The notes under the pieces: model-generated | Seen by the model: only the letters and a program-made list of their open reading frames with translations | Told to the model about the DNA's origin: nothing | Database searches by the model: none | Origin: Desulfobacterales bacterium | GTDB lineage: Bacteria > Desulfobacterota > Desulfobacteria > Desulfobacterales > 4572-123 | Direction of reading: 5' to 3' | Assembly (NCBI GenBank): GCA_029939715.1 | Contig: JAOZSJ010000003.1 | Span: 1,880-65,879 of the forward strand | Length of the DNA: 64,000 nucleotides | Part shown: positions 25,001 through 40,000 of the stretch, one piece after another | Layout: each line of letters begins with the position of its first letter | How positions within the stretch are numbered: the first letter of the stretch is position 1 | Position numbers and translations under genes: made by a program

Positions 25001-28000
25001 TTGGCGGTGTTGGCATCCTTCAGATAATATCGGTATGTCGTGCCGGAGATAAGCTGCGGTCTGCCGACAATGTCAGGGATACCGCCGGTGCCCTGAATCA
25101 GTTTCACATCGCCTGTGCCAGTACCTGCCAGGCTGATTTCATCACCGTCAATACTATTTGTATTAAGAGGACTGTCGCTGCGGCTTGTAAAGGTAACGTC
25201 GATATAGCGCTTTGCGTTCAGGGACTCGGCAGACAGCACCGCACCGTTGGCGGGATTGGTAAGGGTGGCACCTGGTGCGGGCGGCAAAAGCTCTCCCGAG
25301 GCATTCCTGTTCACAAGGCTGAAACGCTCTGTCTCCGCAAAATTGGCATTACCATCGGCATCATACCAGGATCCGGCAATAAAACCGAGCTCAACATCAC
25401 CCGACCGGGCAAAGCTGCCTGTAATGGTGTAACGATACGTATTGGGAAATCCGTCTGCAACCTTTTCCGGGCGGCCGTTCACCGTAATGCCGGATATGGG
25501 CTGATTGTTCATGAGCAGCATAAATTCCGGGGAGTTATCCAGGATGCTGTTATCATTCAGGCCGACATTATTCGGGTCACTGAAGGTTACCTCGATATAT
25601 TTTTTATCCGCCGTCAGTCCGTTTATTTCGGCCCGGTCATATGCCATATATCCCATATTGCCGATCTCAAAGGAATCCTTGCCGAAACTTGCAGCGGACA
25701 TGTCCGCTGTTGGAAACAGGACAGGGATATCGGACAGCGGCGAATCAAAACCCACCTGATCAAATATCTGGAAATTATTTATATTGAAACTCTGCATCCT
25801 GAATCCGTCGGTACCGCCGATACTGAATGAAGCGCTGCCTCCGATCTCAAAATACTCCTGGCCCCCGACCGTAATCCTGACATAGGCACCGGCAATGGCA
25901 ACATCGATGGCACCCGTGGGTTTTTTGGAAAAACTGACAGTTCCCCCGATTTTCAGGATATCCAGTATGGATATATCCATACTTCCGGTAAAGGATGTCA
26001 CCATTACAGGTGTTGCAAAATCTATAACAACTGATTTTTCAGTATTTGGAATGTTTATTTCCCGATAGACCACCTGGCCGGAAGTATTGATGTCAATTAC
26101 AGCACTGCCGCTGATATCAAGACCTGCAAGACCTGCAAACGCGATATCTCCACTGGCATGCAGGGCGTATTTTCCGCCATCGAATTTCACCATTCCGATC
26201 TGCGCATTGGTAAGCAGAACACCGATGGCATCGGGGTTTACCTCTCCGTCATCGTTGCGGTACGGCCCCTGGCCCATGAAGACATCGATGCCTTCACCGC
26301 CAAAGGCGTCGCCGCTGAATACGACACTCCCCTCGATGGAGATAAAATTTGCGATATTCAGTTTTGCTTCAGAGGCAAAGAAGATAAACCCTGTTTCCTC
26401 GGCGCTGAAGCGGATCAGGATGGTACTGCCGTTGACCTCGATTTTCTCATCGACACCGCCGCCGGTGGTGTTGATCATAAGGCCCAGGGTTGCCTCGACC
26501 TGCACGGGCCCGCCGCCGCCCAGGGAGCCGACACCCGAAATAATACCGGCAACCCCTGAACCGGTAATCACAAGAGCGCCCTGACCATTTGTAATACTGC
26601 CGCCAAGACTCTCATCACCAAACTCAATACCCGTTACGGCCATCCGGGTAATCTTTTCGCCGGTTTCTGCCCGCGTGGCCTGATCAAAATAAAGGTTGCC
26701 TTCAAGGGTATAACCGCCGATTGTAATTCCGGCGTCAAGAGCGACGATGCGGACAAATACGCCAGCCGGGAGCACCATGTGTTCGGTGGTTGTACCAACG
26801 GTAAAATACTCATCCACTGCTGCCGGCAGCGTGTTTATTTCAAAGGTGATGGTTTCACATGAGAGGGTAAAAACAGATCCGATATTCAGATCATCGGGAT
26901 CAATGGTCAGTTTTCCGGCAATTCCCTGGGCGGTTATCAGCATGACACCGCTTGGGATACCGAGGCTTAAAATCGTGGAAGATCCGCTCTTGAGTTCAAG
27001 CTCAACTTCTGAAACAGCCAGTTTAACAACCCGGCTGCCGCTTTCGGTGCTCGTCTGTTCAAAGCTGAAGTTGCCTGAAAGTGTCTGTCCGAGGATGGAA
27101 AGAGATACATCAACACCCTCCACCCGCAGAAACGGTCCGGCATCCAGACTCAAGGCGACTGTTTCGCCGCCCGTGACAAATATTTCGTCAACAGCGCTGC
27201 CGGTATTGTTTATGGTAAGGGCGAAACTGCCTGCAAATTCAATACCGGGAATGTTTTCCACACGGATATCGGCGCCTATCTCACCGGCCAGTCCCTCGCT
27301 TGTAATCAGCAGTGATCCCCGGCCGTTTTCAACAACTACAAAATCGGTGGTGCCGTTACCAAGCCCCACTGATACATTTGAAGCTCCGATGCGGACAACA
27401 CTGCTCGTCACACCGCCGCTGATGGAACTTACCTTTTCAAAAGAAAAATTACCGCCAAGGGTCTGTCCGAGAATAGTAAGTTCAATGCCGGTTCCTTCAA
27501 CCCTGACAGAGGATTCCGCACCTACATCAACCGTGATCTCTTCGTCCCCGATGGTAAATGTCTGGTTTATGGGTCCGCTGGTTTCAACAATAGATACTGT
27601 AAATGTTCCATCAAATGTAATTCCGGGCACATTTAATCCGACAGCGGCGCTGATCCGGCCGGCCATGCCGCTGTCTGTAATAACCAGGTACCCGGATCCG
27701 TCATGCACGCTGACCACATCGCTTGATCCGTCTCCAAGGCGCAATGCGATATTGTCGGCCGCCACAATGACAATCCGGCTGCCTTCAACGGTTTTTTGTT
27801 CAAAGGCAAAATCACCGGAAATCGACTGCCCGGCAACAGAGAGGATGACATCACTGCCTTCAACGCGGAAATAGGGTCCCTGCGGGAGCAGGAGAGAGAC
27901 GGTGCTGCCGCCAATGACAAAAGTTTCCTCAACCGGGGCCATGGTATTATTTACGGCGATCTCAAATCTCCCTGCAAATCCGACACCGGGAATATTCCTG

Positions 28001-31000
28001 ATTGCCACCGCGGCGCTGAAGCGGCCTGCAAGACCGGCATCGGTGATTATCAGGAGGCCTTCACCTCCGGAAACGCTGACAAATTCCGTGGTGCCGTCGC
28101 CAAGACTTAACCCGGCGCCGGATACAGCCACGCGAATCACACTCGATCCTGCAGCGGTTGTTGCTTTCTCAAAGGCAAAATTGCCGGTCAGTGTCTGGCC
28201 TAGGATTTCAAGATCGAGATTTTCGATCTCCACTTTAAGGTACGGACCTGCCGGCAGTTCCAGGAGGCGTGTATCGTTTCCAACCGTAAACTCACTGGAA
28301 ACCGCCTGGCCCGTATTGTTTACCGATACCGTGACGCTGTCCACAGTTGTCGTCGTAATTCCGGGAATTGTCAGTGTTACACCTGCACTGATTTTTCCCG
28401 CCAGCCCGTCGCCGGTAATAATAAAATAGGCCTCACCGTTTTCAATTGTGACATAATCGGTGGTACCTGAGCCGATATGCAGTTCCACCCGGGTTGCACC
28501 CATCCGTACAATTCGCTGATTGTCGGCAGTTGTGGCCTGCTCGAAACTGAAATTTCCGCTTAACTTCTGGCCGAGTACTTCCAGCGAAGCAGTGGTGCCG
28601 TCCTCGATCCCCGTAATATCCACCTTCAGGTAGGGACCCGCCTGCAGATCAAGGGTTATCTCTTCATCACCGACTTCAAAGGTTTCAAGGACCGCCTGGC
28701 CGGTATTGTTGACAGCTATGCCAAATGCACCCTCCAGGGAAATTCCGGGAATATTGACGGAAACATCAGCACCCAGATAGCCGGCAAGGCCCGCGCTTGT
28801 GATGAGGAAACTGCCCTGTCCGTTGGTGACCGATACAAAATCCGTATGACCGTTGCCAAGGCCGAGGTGGACATTTACAGCAGCAATCCTGACGGCATTT
28901 TCGTCATCGGGCGTACCGATCAGGCCGTCGATGCCTGCGCTTGTAACGCGCTCAAATGCAAAATCACCGCCCAGCGTCTGCCCCAGGATATTCAAATTGA
29001 CGCCGACCCCTTCAACTCTCAGGTAGGGACCGGCCGGGAGATCAAGTGTGATGGTCGTTCCATCAAGAATTATCGTATCGTTTACAGCCGACGGGATATT
29101 ATTAACCGAGAGTTCAAATGATCCGTTAAAAACAACCCCCGGCACGTTAAGACCGACACTTGCCCCGATTTTACCCGCAATGCCCGCACCGGTTATAAGC
29201 AGGGACCCGCTGCCCCGGGAAATGGAAACCGCATCACCGATGGCAAGACTGACATCAGAGGCTCCGAGTCGTATCACGCGCTGTCCGAATGAATTTATGA
29301 CCTGCTCAAAAACAAAATTACCGGAAAGATCATTATCAAGGATTGAAAGTGTGGCATCGGTGACTTCCAGCCTGAGATAGGGTCCTGCCGGAAGGTCCAG
29401 GTTGAATGAATCAAAACTTTCAGATACGGGCGCCGCGGTATTATTCATGGCAAGCCTTATCGTACCTGAGATGGACACGGCATCCAGGTCCAGGGTCATG
29501 GATGCATTCAGCATACCCGAAACACCGGCAGTGGTGATCAAAAGTGCTCCGGAATCAATTTCAATTGAAAGGATATCACCCGCATCGTCGCCAAAGCCAA
29601 GCGCCGCATTTACAATGGCAATTTTTACAATCCGCTCGCCGTCGGGTTTTGTAAGCTGCTCAAAGACAATCTGCTCCGCGGTCAGTGAAATCCCGAGAAT
29701 TGTCAGGCTTGCAGGAGTTGTCCCCTCCGACGCATCACCGATGCTCCCTCCAGAGACGGGATTCAATGCATAAAGTCTGTTTAATGCACCCGTGTTTACA
29801 ACAACCAGTTCAGGGCCGGTGGCGGCAGTGTTCACATCTCCGGCAAGGATTGAAACGGTGGCATCCGCATCTGCTGTAATATCGGAAGCAGACCATGCAC
29901 CGGCGTTATGGGTATAAAGCCTGTTAATTTCATTATAATTACCCGCGGCAATATCAAGGTCGTTGTCTCCGTCGGCATCAAAAAAGGCAATGGCCCGGGT
30001 ATCGCCGTCATCTAACGTTATATCGGCACCGGCATCAAATCCGGCCCAGATGTTGCCGGCGGTTCCCGAATTCAGGTAAAGCCGGTTTACGCCGGTATTG
30101 CCGGCAGCCAGATCAAGGTCTCCGTCATTATCAATATCGCCAAGGGCAATGGCATGGGTTTCACGCGCGTCCGTGGTTAAATCCGTGCCCGGGCCAAATC
30201 CCAGCCAGTCCCCGCTGTCCCCGTCAAAGGCCAGCCATGCACCGGAATTTTCATCATAGCCCGGATTCAGGTAAAACCGGTTTACACCGTTATTACCGCT
30301 TACAATGTCGGAAGCACCGTCACCGTCAATATCGCCGCAGACAATGGAAGTCGTCGAATTTTCGGCATCGGAAACTGCAAGGCCCTCTTCAAACCCGATC
30401 CACTCACCTGTCGCATTGTCAACTCCCCGGTTAAAATAAATCCGGTTTACCCCGCCATGACTGGCTGCGATCAGATCGACATACCCGTCTTTGTTAAAAT
30501 CCTCAAGGGCAAGATCCCTTGTGTCGTCGGCATAGGTACCGATAATGCGGCCCACGGCCATATCCCAGGGGTTATCGTCTCCGTCATTTAAATAGGTAGT
30601 GTTGGCCTGATTAGAATTTCCCGCAACGAGATCAAGGTCCCCGTCATTATCAAGATCGCCAAGGGCAAGGCAGGAAGTTGCATCAGTCTCAAAACCCACG
30701 TTAAGGCCGAAAACCATATCCCATGGATCTCCATCTCCGTCATTGAGATAGAGGCGATTCATGGCAAGGGCGCTTCCGACAACAAGATCAAGGTCGCCGT
30801 CGCCGTCTACATCGCCAAGAACCGAACAGGTATCATCGGCAGTATCGTTATCAATACCGGCCACTTCCACACGCACATAGGGTCCGGAAGGCAGGATGAG
30901 GGTCATGGACCTGCCGCCTGCTTCAAAGGACTCTTCAATCTGCCGGTCGGTACTGTTAATGGCAAGTTCGATGCCGCCGTTAAAGGAGACCCCAGGAACA

Positions 31001-34000
31001 CTGATGTCGACATCACCGCTCAACCTTCCCGCAAGCCCGGCGGCGTTGATCACCAGCAGTCCATGGCCGTTTGAAATGCTGACAAAATCGGTTGTGCCGT
31101 CCCCTAAGCCAACATTTACCTGATTTGCTGCAATTTTAACGATATCCGTATCATCATCATCCCCTGTAATCCCGTTGGGTCCGGCAGACCTGATCTGTTC
31201 AAAGGCAAAATCGCCGCTGATTCTCTGGCCGAGCAACCGCAGATTTACGTCGGTGCCCTCGAATCGCACATAGAATCCGGCAGGCAGGTTAAGATTGATG
31301 CTCTCCGTACCGACTTTGAACTGCTCATTTACCACACTTGTCGTCGTATTGATGGCAAATCCGAAGGTTCCGGAAAATTCAAATCCAAGTGATGGATTAA
31401 AGATGACTGTCCCGCCAAGGCGCCCTGCCAGACCGCCGCCCGTAAAGACAAACATCCCCTCTCCGTCAGTGAGTGTAACAATCGGGGTTTCTCCGGCCAT
31501 CATTTCAAGAGAGACATCAGTTGCGGCCAGAGTTAAAATCATGGGAGGTGTGAAATCCGGATTTTCTGCTGACTGCGGACTGTAATTACCTGTAATTCTT
31601 TCAATAAAAAAGTTTCCGGAAAGTTTCTGTCCGGCGATTTCCAGTAAGGCATAAGGATCGGTTCCGCTGCCGGTTATGGAGAGCCTGAAATACGGTCCGG
31701 CCGGAAGATCCAGGATAATGGTTTCATCGTCTGTGTCTATGGCGGGGTCGTGTCCCAGAATAAACGTTTCGTTTATCTGATTATTTGTATTGTTGATGGC
31801 AATGCCGATGGCCCCGCTGAAAGAGACAGGGCCTACTTCAAGGGATTGAATATCAACAGATACCTCTCCGGCAAGTCCGTCTCCTGAAATCAGCAGTGCA
31901 CCGCTTATGTCTTCAATTGTGACAAGATTAGAGTTCCCGTCGTTTAACGACAGGGATGCGCCGGCCACTGCAATCTTGATATCACCGGCTTCATTTTTAC
32001 CCGGTGTGGCCGGATCATCCGCACCCTTTTCAAATAAAAAGGTTCCGGAAAGAACCTGACCGAGGATATCCAGATCAATGGTGGCCTCAAAGCGTCTTGC
32101 GCCGTAATTTATCGTATGATCGACACTGCCGCCGTTGCCGTCGGGTACGGAAACAATCGTCTCACCGCCGATGTCACTGTATTGTACAACCGCACTGCCG
32201 GAAAAGGATACGCCCGGAATACCGAGAATCATGACCTCCCCTTCGGCATACAGGGCATAGGTGTATGGGCCTGATCCGGACCGGATCAGACCGATGTTGG
32301 CGTTGTCCAGGAGTACGCCCCTTGCATCGGGATTGATACTGCCGTCTTCAAGCTTTACCGGTCCCTGGCCCATGAAAACGGAGATTCCGCTGCCGGAAAA
32401 AGAGCCTCCGGTAATATTGATTTCATCGCCTTCAATGATGACGAAATCACCGATGTTGATGGAGGCTCCGGAAATGATAAAGTTAAAAAAGGTGGAAGGA
32501 TCAGCGATCTCACCGTCACCAAATTCTATTGTAAGGCTCTGACCGTTAAGCTGAATCTCCTCATAAACCGTATGCGATGTAGAATTCAGGCGCAGTTTCA
32601 CGCCGGCACCTGCATCACAGCCGCCGATGCCAAGCGATAGCTGTCCGGAAACAAACCCGGCAATACCGTCGGAATAAATGACAAAAGCGCCCTGGCCCTG
32701 ACTTATTTCAAAATTATCTCCATCAGAATAATCAAAAGAGACATCCGACATGGCAAAGCGGGTTATTTTTACATTATCAGCATTTGTGGTCTGGTCAAAA
32801 AAGAAATTGCCGCTGAAGGAGACACCGCCCACGGACAATGTCAATTCCACCACCGATACCCTGACAAAGGAACCGCCCGCCAGATCGTTTTCATCTATAT
32901 CGCCGTCATCATCCAGGTCAAAGGGAAGCGGTCTTGTGTTGATTTCAACCCTGGTTGTGCCGCCGCTCACGGTTACTCCGGGAATATTCAATATATCAAG
33001 TGTAACATCAAAACTTGCCGCAATCCCGAGGCTGTCAATAACAAAAACAGCGGAACTGCTGGTTACAAGGACAAAAGGATCTGAATCAGAACCTAATTTG
33101 AGTTCAAAATCGGTCACCCGGAGAGTGAGCCTGGTGCCTTGAGGCGTATCTTCTATTTCAATGGCAAGGCTTTCACAAACGATTGACTGCCCGGCAATAT
33201 CAATATCAATATTCGTACCTTCGATGAAAAAACCATCTTCGATCAAAATTTCATCAATAGTTTTTTCACTGCCCGTGGTGTTTATTTTCACCTGGAAACT
33301 GCCGTCAAAATCGACCCCCGGAACATTGACGCCCACGCTTCCGGAAAGATAACCGTACAGGCCCTTTTCAACGACCACACCGTTTTCAAATATCTTTATG
33401 ATTTCAAAAGCACCCTGGCCGTTTGTGACCTGTATTATACTGTTATCCCCTTCACCAACCTTGAGTTCGACATCGGCAAAAGAGACCCTCACTGCCGTGG
33501 AAAGACCGGATGAAGTGCTCTGCTCAAAAACAAAACCGCCGGTGAGCAGAACCCCGCCCACTGAAAGCACAATACTGTCGCCTGCAACCCTCACATATGG
33601 ACCGGCCGGCAGGTCCAGCGTTTCTTCAACGTCGCCTGTAATAAAAGTTTCATTAACAATATGCCCGGTGGTGTTTATTTCCACGTCAAGGATTCCGCTG
33701 ACAACGATACCAGGGATATTTAAAGATGCACTGCAGCCGAGGCTGCCTGCAATTCCAGTGCTGTCTATCACGAAATTGCCATGGCCGCTGCCCACCGTTA
33801 AAATGCCGCTGCCAATGTTCATGGCAACCTGGCCTGCGGAAATTTTGACAACCTTTTCACCGCTGTCCCGGGTGGACTGCTCAAATGCAAAATTTCCACT
33901 CAGAGTTTGACCGAAAACGGAAAGGAGCACACTGTCACCGGCGATCAAAAGGTAAGGCCCGGCATCGAGTTCAAGTGTCAAAGTGCCGGATCCTGCCTGT

Positions 34001-37000
34001 ATGATTTCCGATACCGCGGCATCGGTTGTATTGATCTTGAGTGTGAAATCACCGCTGAAGGATACATCATCTCCTGCCTCTACACTGACACCGGCAGAAA
34101 GAGTTCCGGCCGCACCGGCTCCGGTAAAAACAAAGAAGCCTTGCCCATCAGTCACGGAAACGATGCCGTCGGCAAGGGAGATCTCCACATCCGATGCGGC
34201 AACGCGCACTACTGCCTGCCCGTCTGCACCGGTAACCTGTTCGATGACAAAATTGCCTTCAAGGGTCTGACCCAGGAGTGAAAGGGATGCCCGAGTGGTG
34301 TCATCCACCCCGGTTACTGCAACTTTGAAATAAGGACCTGCCAGAAGAGCTGCAGGTTCGGCATCAGGTAAAAGCTGGATATCCCCGGCAGCAGCGGTGG
34401 TGTTCACAAGCACAGTAAAACGGCCGGATAAGGATATCCCGGATAAATTTACGGCAAGGTCCGTGGAGAGCCCGCCCATGAGCCCGGCACTGGATATTTC
34501 AAAAAACCCGTATCCATTTGAAAGGCTGATGACGGGCGTAGTGCCCCCAAGGGAGATGGCAACGTTTTCCGCACGGGCACGCACAAGTGTATCGGCGTTT
34601 TCCGTGACCTGTTCAAAGACAAAATCACCTGTCAATGTCTGGCCGGATATGGACAGGCTGACATCTGTCCCGGCAAGGCGCACATAGGGTCCGGCGGGAA
34701 GTTCAAGGGCCACGGGTATGGAACCGGCCATGATGGTTTCATGGACATCTACACCGGTTGTGTTGATCTGCAGGTTAAGGGTTCCGGAAACTGCAACATC
34801 CGGGATATGAACGGCAACACTGCCTGAAAGCTCTCCTGCCAGGCCCGCGTCTGTTATAAACAGGGCACCGGTTCCATGAGTAACTGTGACCAGATCATCT
34901 GAGCCGTTTTTCAGGGAGAGCGTCACGTTGGCAGCGGCAATCTTTACAATTTTTACAGGCTCGGGATCCGATGTAACCGTCTGTTCAAATGAAAAATCTC
35001 CGGAAAGACTCTGGCCAAATACCTCAAGCTGCAGGCCGGTCCCCTCAAATCTCAGGTAGGGTCCAGAGGGCAGGATTAATTCAAGAACATTTGAATCTAC
35101 AAGGAACTGCTCATGAACGGCAAAGGTGGAAGTATTTACGGCGAGACTGAGATTACCGGCAAAGTTGATGCCCCCCGGGATTTCCATGGTGACCGTGCCT
35201 TCGAGTCTGCCGGCAAGGCCTGAATCGCTGATGACAAACATACCCTGTGCCTCTGTGAGGCTGAGGATATCATTTGATCCTGCTGTCAGGGAAAAGCTCA
35301 CATTGTCCGCCGCCAGTTTCACGATGGATCCGCCGGCGGGCGATGTCAACTGCTCAAAGGCAAAATCACCGCTGAGCGTCTGCCCCATAAGTTCAAGGCT
35401 GACATCCTGACCTGCAATCCTCATAAACGGCCCGGCACGAATATCCATGACAAGCTGTTCTTCTCCGAATACAAATATCTGGTTCACCGCTGCATGGGTC
35501 GTATTGATTTCAAGGGCAAATGTACCCGCAAAATCCACACCGGGAATATTCTCGGTAATGGCTGCCGATACGCTGCCGGCAATGCCGCTTCCCGTAAAAA
35601 TAAAGGACCCGCTGCCCTGGGTGATACTGACAAGATCGGTTGATCCGTCACCCATGGACATACTGACATCATTTGCAGCCACGCGAAGTGTGCCGGCCAT
35701 ATCGCCACTTGTTATTTTATCAAAGGAAAAGTCACCGGCAAGACTCTGACCGAAAAGGCAAAGTTCGGTATCGGCTACCTGCAGGCTAAGCACCTGGTCG
35801 CCGGAATCAAAGGTAACCGGGACGCCCTCGTCATTTGAACCCGGAATGGAAAGTGTTTCATTTATTGCCGTGCCGGTTGTATTGACCCTGACAGAGGCTG
35901 TTCCGCTGATGGTGATACCGTCAATACCGATAAGCGCAACGCTGCCCGTGGCATATAATGCAAAGGTATCTCCCTGGGCCTGTGTAATTTTTATCAACCC
36001 TATTTTTGCATCGGAAAGAAGAACGCCCGAGGCAAGGGGATTAATATCTCCGTTATCCAGTTTTGCAGGCCCGCTGCCCATGAATATCATCAGTTCATCA
36101 CCGGCAAAAACAAGCCTGTTGCCGTTTTCCACAAAACTGATATTGCCCTCGATTGAAATAAAATCGGCAATATTCAAGGAAAGGTCTGAAATGGAAAAGG
36201 AAAAAATGTCGCCTTCGGATTCTCCAAAACGGATCACAATGGATCGGCCGTTAATATCTATGGTTTCATCAACGGCCCCGCCGGTTTTATTGACACGCAG
36301 GATAATATTTCCACTGGCATCGGCTACGCCTGCATCAAGGGATGCCGAGCCGGAAACGACACCTGCGACACCTGCCGAAGATACGACAAATCCGCCTTCA
36401 CCGTCGGTGAGACTCTGGTCTCCGATGGCCACTGTTACATCCGATACGGCCATCCGGGTAATTTTATCATCATTTTCATCCAGGCGCTGATCAAAATAGA
36501 AATTCCCTGAAATTGCAGGAGAACCGGCCCCGATGGTTATTTGCGCGCCGATGATGGCCACCCTGACAAATGATCCCGCGGCAAGATTCAGTGTGATGGT
36601 TTCACTGCCGATTTGAAATGTCTCGTTGACAGGGGCCGGGGTTGTATTGATTTCAAAGGAGACCGTTCCGCCGCTGATTGATACGCCCGGCACATTAAAT
36701 ACGGGATCTATTGAAAATCCGGCGGCCACTCCGGAACTGCTGATGATCATCGCACCGCTGCCGCCGGTTATGGCGACAAACGGACTGGCAGGATCGCCGA
36801 GAGTTAAATTAAGCGCCGATGCCCCCAGTCTGACAACGCGCTCTCCTCCTGCAGTGGTGATGGATTCAAAGGTAAAATTGCCGCCAAGGCTCTGACCGGC
36901 GATCTCCAGTGATACGCCAACGCCTTCTATCCTGACAAATTTATCCGCCGAAACCGTATCGATCTCAAGGGCAAAGGTACCGGAAAAACTCAAATCCGGG

Positions 37001-40000
37001 ATATTGGCGCTCAGTTCGGCACCTGCAATCTCCCCTGTTACACCGGCACTGCTTATGGAAAGATTGCCGGATGCAATGGCTGCGCTGATAAAATCGGTGG
37101 TCCCGTCACCAAATCCGACATATGCGTTGGAAAGAGCCAGTTCGATGACATCCCCGTTTTTTATAAAAGCGAAATCACCGCTGATGGTCTGACCGAGAAT
37201 ACTGATACTGACATCTTCTCCTGAAATTTTCAGATATGGCCCGACAGGAAGATTTAAATAGATCGAACTGTCACCTGCGGTAAACAGTTCATTCACGGCA
37301 GCAGTTGTCTGGTTGATCTGCAGAGAAAATATTCCGCTTACATCAATTCCAGGGATTGTAATTGTAACAATACCGCTGATCTCACCGGCAAGGCCTTCGG
37401 GTGTCAGCAGGAAGCTGCCCTGCCCGTTTGACAGCGAAACAAGATCGGTTGACCCGTCACTCAGAGCAAAGCTTATATTTTCAGCCGCCACCCGGACAAG
37501 CTGTTCACCGGTATCATTGATAACGCTTTCAAATGCAAAATCGCCGTGGATTGCCTGATCGAAAATCACCAGGTCAAAGTCAACGGCCTCAAGGCGTATG
37601 TAGGGGCCGCCCGAAAGATCGAGTACCACACTTCGGCTGCCGGCAGTCATCGTTTCCAGCACAGGGCTGTCCGTAGTATTGACGGCAAGCTGGATATCGG
37701 ATCCAAAATCAATCCCGCTCACGTTGCTCAACGATATGGAACCGCTCAAACGGCCGGCAATGCCCGATCCGGTTATGATAAAAATTCCATCGCACCGGGC
37801 CCGAACACCAAAGTCATCGCTTTCATCGGCTGTATTTTGATCATCACCGATAAAAATTTCAACATCCATGGCACCAACGCGAATGATTGAACCGCCGCCG
37901 TCCGCAGCGGCCATTTCAAAAATAAAACTGCCTGAAAGTGTCTGGCCCAGAATATCAAGCTCGATATCGGTCCCTGTAATTCTTAAAAAGGGCCCGGCGG
38001 CAAGGGTGACATCAACATCATTGCCGGTTGTAAAAGTGACCTCGGAGCCTGTGGTATTAATACCAATCCCCATGGCACCCTGGAACTCGACACCGGGAAT
38101 ATCAGCTGCGACAAAAGCACTGAGCACTCCGGTCAGGCCGTCGCTTGTATATATAAAGGTGCCCTGGCCATCGGTGACATCCAGAGAACTGCCTCCGGCC
38201 TGGCCCAGGGAGAGCGAGACACTGTCAGCACTTATTTCAATAACCCGGCTGTCATCTTCATTGCCCGGCGTACCATCGGGGTCAAGGGTCAGCACCCCGA
38301 AGCCGAAATTACCGGTGAGGGTCTGGCCCAGCACCGTCAGTTCCATGTTGGTTGCCTGAAAGCTTTTGACCAGATCACCGGTGCTGAAAAAGACAGCAAC
38401 ATCACTGTCGGTTCCCGGAATTTCAAGAAGCTCATCCACAGCCAGGCCCGAGTTGTTGATCCGAACCCTTGCCGTGCCTGAAATCGTGATGCCGTCAACG
38501 CCGATTATGGCCACTGTTCCCGTTGCATAAAGTGCAAACCGGCTTTCCGAATAGTTGATCATCCCCACGGCGGCATCGAAAAGAAGGACACCGGCAGCAG
38601 CCGGGTTTATCTCCCCGCCGTTCAGCCGGGCAGGTCCCTGGCCTATGAAAATCTCAAGGCCAAAGCCTGCAAACCACTGGTAATCGCTTGCCGATGTATA
38701 GCTGAAACTGCCTTCGACGGAAATAAAATCGGCAATTCTAAGGCTCATATCAGCGCCGAAGATCTGGAAAAAAGGCGTTATGCCGCCCGCACTGCCGGAG
38801 GCCGTTTCGTTTTCACCGAAACCGACATGAATTAAACTCCCGTCAATTTCAACGTTTACGTCCACCGCTGACAGGGTTGAATTAATTCGAAGGCCCAGAC
38901 TGCCGCCGACACCGAAGTCATCTCCGGCGGCAATTGAAATTTCTCCTGAAATAATGCCGGCAATACCGCCGGGTGTAACCACAAAAGCACCGTCGGCATT
39001 TTTAACGCCGTTACCGTCAAAGGTGAATGAACCGTCAAGGACCGCCAGTGTAGTGACTGTTTCCAGCGTCCCTGCCCCGTTGTCTGTTGTCTGCTGCTCA
39101 AAGCCGAAGGTACCGGTGAGTGCCAGGGCATCGGCCTCGCCGATATTTACCGCAACATTTTTACCCACTACCTTTATATAAGGACCGGCAGGCAGGTCCA
39201 GCAGGATATCGTCTGTACCTGGAAGCGAAAAGGATTCACTCACCGCAGCCGCACTGGTATTGATTTCAACATCAAAGGATGCATCTGTCGTAAGACCGGT
39301 GATGCTGATATAAAAATCTCCCCCGATCATGCCGGCGATTCCGGTTTCCATGATCACAAGGGCTCCATGGGCGTTGGTGATGCCCACTGAATCCGACGCA
39401 AGGGAGACGCTGACCCCTGTTGCAGCCACACGGACGATCTTTTGATTATCGCCGGCGGTCAGTCCTTCAATCACAAAAACACCCTTTAAGGTCTGGCCGG
39501 CGATGGTCAGGACTGCAAGATCATTTTCATCTGCGCTGATTTCACCGCCTGCAATCCTGAAGTATTGAGCGGCCGTATCGATTTCAGCATTAAATATCCC
39601 GGCAAATTCGATGCCGGGCAGATCGACCTCTATTTGCGCCTGGGTCAACGTTCCGGCAATACCGCTGCTGCTCATGGCAAGACTGCCCGATTCGATGGTG
39701 ACACTTACAAAATCTTTTGTGCCGTCGCCAAGACCTATGTGCGCGTCACTGATGTGAATCTCAACATCACTGCCGTTTTTAACAATGGAAAAATTCCCGC
39801 CGATGGTCTGGCCGAGCATTTCCAGCTTGACATTCTCCCCGCCGAACCGAGATGTGCCCGCGGCCAGATCCAGGGTCTTTGTGATATTGCCCACGGTGAT
39901 CCCACGCAGAACAGCATCGGAGAAAGTGTTCTTCTGCATCCCGAGATCACCGGATAAAGTCACGCCGTCGATACCCACAACAGACGCCAGCCCCCCGGCC

